Assembly (NCBI GenBank): GCA_964629675.1
Contig: CAZVUG010000009.1
Span: forward strand, 17,523-81,522
Length of the DNA: 64,000 nucleotides
Source: an uncultured Candidatus Saccharibacteria bacterium
GTDB lineage: Bacteria; Patescibacteriota; Minisyncoccia; Portnoybacterales; UBA2143
Reading direction: 5' to 3'
Shown: positions 63,110-64,000 of the stretch, in pieces
Layout of the letters: each line of letters begins with the position of its first letter
How positions within the stretch are numbered: position 1 is the stretch's first letter
Notes under the pieces: generated by a model
Database searches by the model: none
Told to the model about the DNA's origin: nothing
The model's input: only the letters and a program-made list of their open reading frames with translations
Position numbers and translations under genes: made by a program

Positions 63110-64000
63110 ACTAAAAATCATTATTCCCCTTCTTATTATAGAGGGGGCTTTAATTTATCCTCATTTTCTTCTAGCAAATAATGATTTAATTATTAATGAA
63201 ATAGCTTGGATGGGAACTGAAAATTCGGCAAATGACGAATGGCTTGAATTAAAAAATAATAGCGAGCAGGAAATAGATTTAACAGGCTGGACATTACAGG
63301 CAATTGACGGAAGTCCCCAGATATTACTGGAAGGCACAATAGCTTCCCAAGACTATTTTTTATTAGAAAGGACTAATGATGATTCTGTCAGCGGGATAAC
63401 CGCCGATCAAATTTATGCCGGAGCTTTGGGAAATTCCGGAGAAAAATTAGAATTACGCGACGCAAATAATAATTTGATTGATTCTGTTGACTGCTTAAAT
63501 GGTTGGCTAGCCGGAGATAATCAAACTAAGCAAACTATGGAAAAAACTGATAATGGATGGCGAAATAGCTCTCAAGCCGGGGGCAGTCCGAAAGCGCTGA
63601 ATAACAGCCAGGCAGCAGAAAATTTATCAACAGAAGATCCAATTGGAGACAGTCTAGCTGAAACTAATTCTTCTGAAAATAATTCAAACAATATTTCCAA
63701 CGATTCAAATAATTTATCGGACTCTAACCAACCGCCTCAGGCCATTAGCCAAACAAACATAGCAGCTTTGGTTAACCAAGAAATATTTTTTGACGCCAGC
63801 AAATCAATTGATCCAGATAACGATATTCTAAATTATTTTTGGAATTTTGGCGACGGATCTACAGATATTGGCGAAAAAGTTCAGCATACCTATGCTTATC
63901 CCGGCCATTATACAGCGACCTTGACAGTTAGCGATAAAGAACTATCAGATTCAGAAGTTATCACAATTGATATTTACAGCCAATCAATTATTATTAGCGA
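63087..64000 (+). CDS. Secreted lamin-tail-domain (LTD) plus PKD domain protein, 3' end beyond the window
   Basis: Not in the ORF track (no stop in the window). ATG at 63087, signal/TM ([14 protein letters not shown]). LTD pattern [36 protein letters not shown]...[20 protein letters not shown] pattern [24 protein letters not shown]...[17 protein letters not shown]. Confidence 0.7.
   Translation, partial: MSKKNYFKLKIIIPLLIIEGALIYPHFLLANNDLIINEIAWMGTENSANDEWLELKNNSEQEIDLTGWTLQAIDGSPQILLEGTIASQDYFLLERTNDDSVSGITADQIYAGALGNSGEKLELRDANNNLIDSVDCLNGWLAGDNQTKQTMEKTDNGWRNSSQAGGSPKALNNSQAAENLSTEDPIGDSLAETNSSENNSNNISNDSNNLSDSNQPPQAISQTNIAALVNQEIFFDASKSIDPDNDILNYFWNFGDGSTDIGEKVQHTYAYPGHYTATLTVSDKELSDSEVITIDIYSQSIIIS

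Noticed and set aside
1-64000. CRISPR arrays, rRNA genes, transposases/integrases, reverse transcriptase/DGR repeats and recognisable defence systems
   Set aside because: No regularly spaced direct repeats, no rRNA-like conserved blocks and no ORF with transposase, integrase, RT, nuclease-helicase or Cas-like motifs were found on either strand. The search was by eye only.

Overview
AT-rich window (roughly 30-35% G+C by eye) that is densely packed, with overlapping genes. It is dominated by housekeeping genes: seven aminoacyl-tRNA synthetases, ftsA/ftsZ, topA, parAB, ruvB, smpB with tmRNA, infC-rplT, class II RNR with cobO, eight tRNAs and others. The short protein versions, T4SS-type pilin paralogs, ComEC, PilB and an LTD/PKD protein suggest a reduced-genome Patescibacteria/CPR-like bacterium; this is inference from gene content only. 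No CRISPR array, rRNA, transposase or integrase was seen. Observations worth a second look:

1. The isoleucyl-tRNA synthetase carries an in-frame insertion of about 200 aa with all hallmark motifs of a histidine-phosphatase (PGAM-like) domain.
2. A roughly 0.7 kb high-GC island (about 10741-11420) holds a decayed foreign-looking gene with an in-frame TAA and a frameshift.
3. A five-gene signalling cluster starts with an H-NOX/V4R-like gene cut by an in-frame TAA, followed by a soluble PAS kinase, a polytopic membrane protein and two stand-alone receivers.
4. An STT3/AglB/PglB-like membrane glycosyltransferase with a degenerate WWDYG motif lies next to three tandem pilin paralogs.
5. ComEC is split in an A-rich tract.
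6. Two long-stem structured intergenic elements follow pth and pilB. One contains a motif of about 23 nt that recurs after htrA.
7. An orphan Mu Gam-like gene is present.
8. A Rel/SpoT homolog has substituted HD hydrolase residues and sits next to a Nudix gene.

All family assignments come from motif recognition by eye. No database search or folding computation was run.
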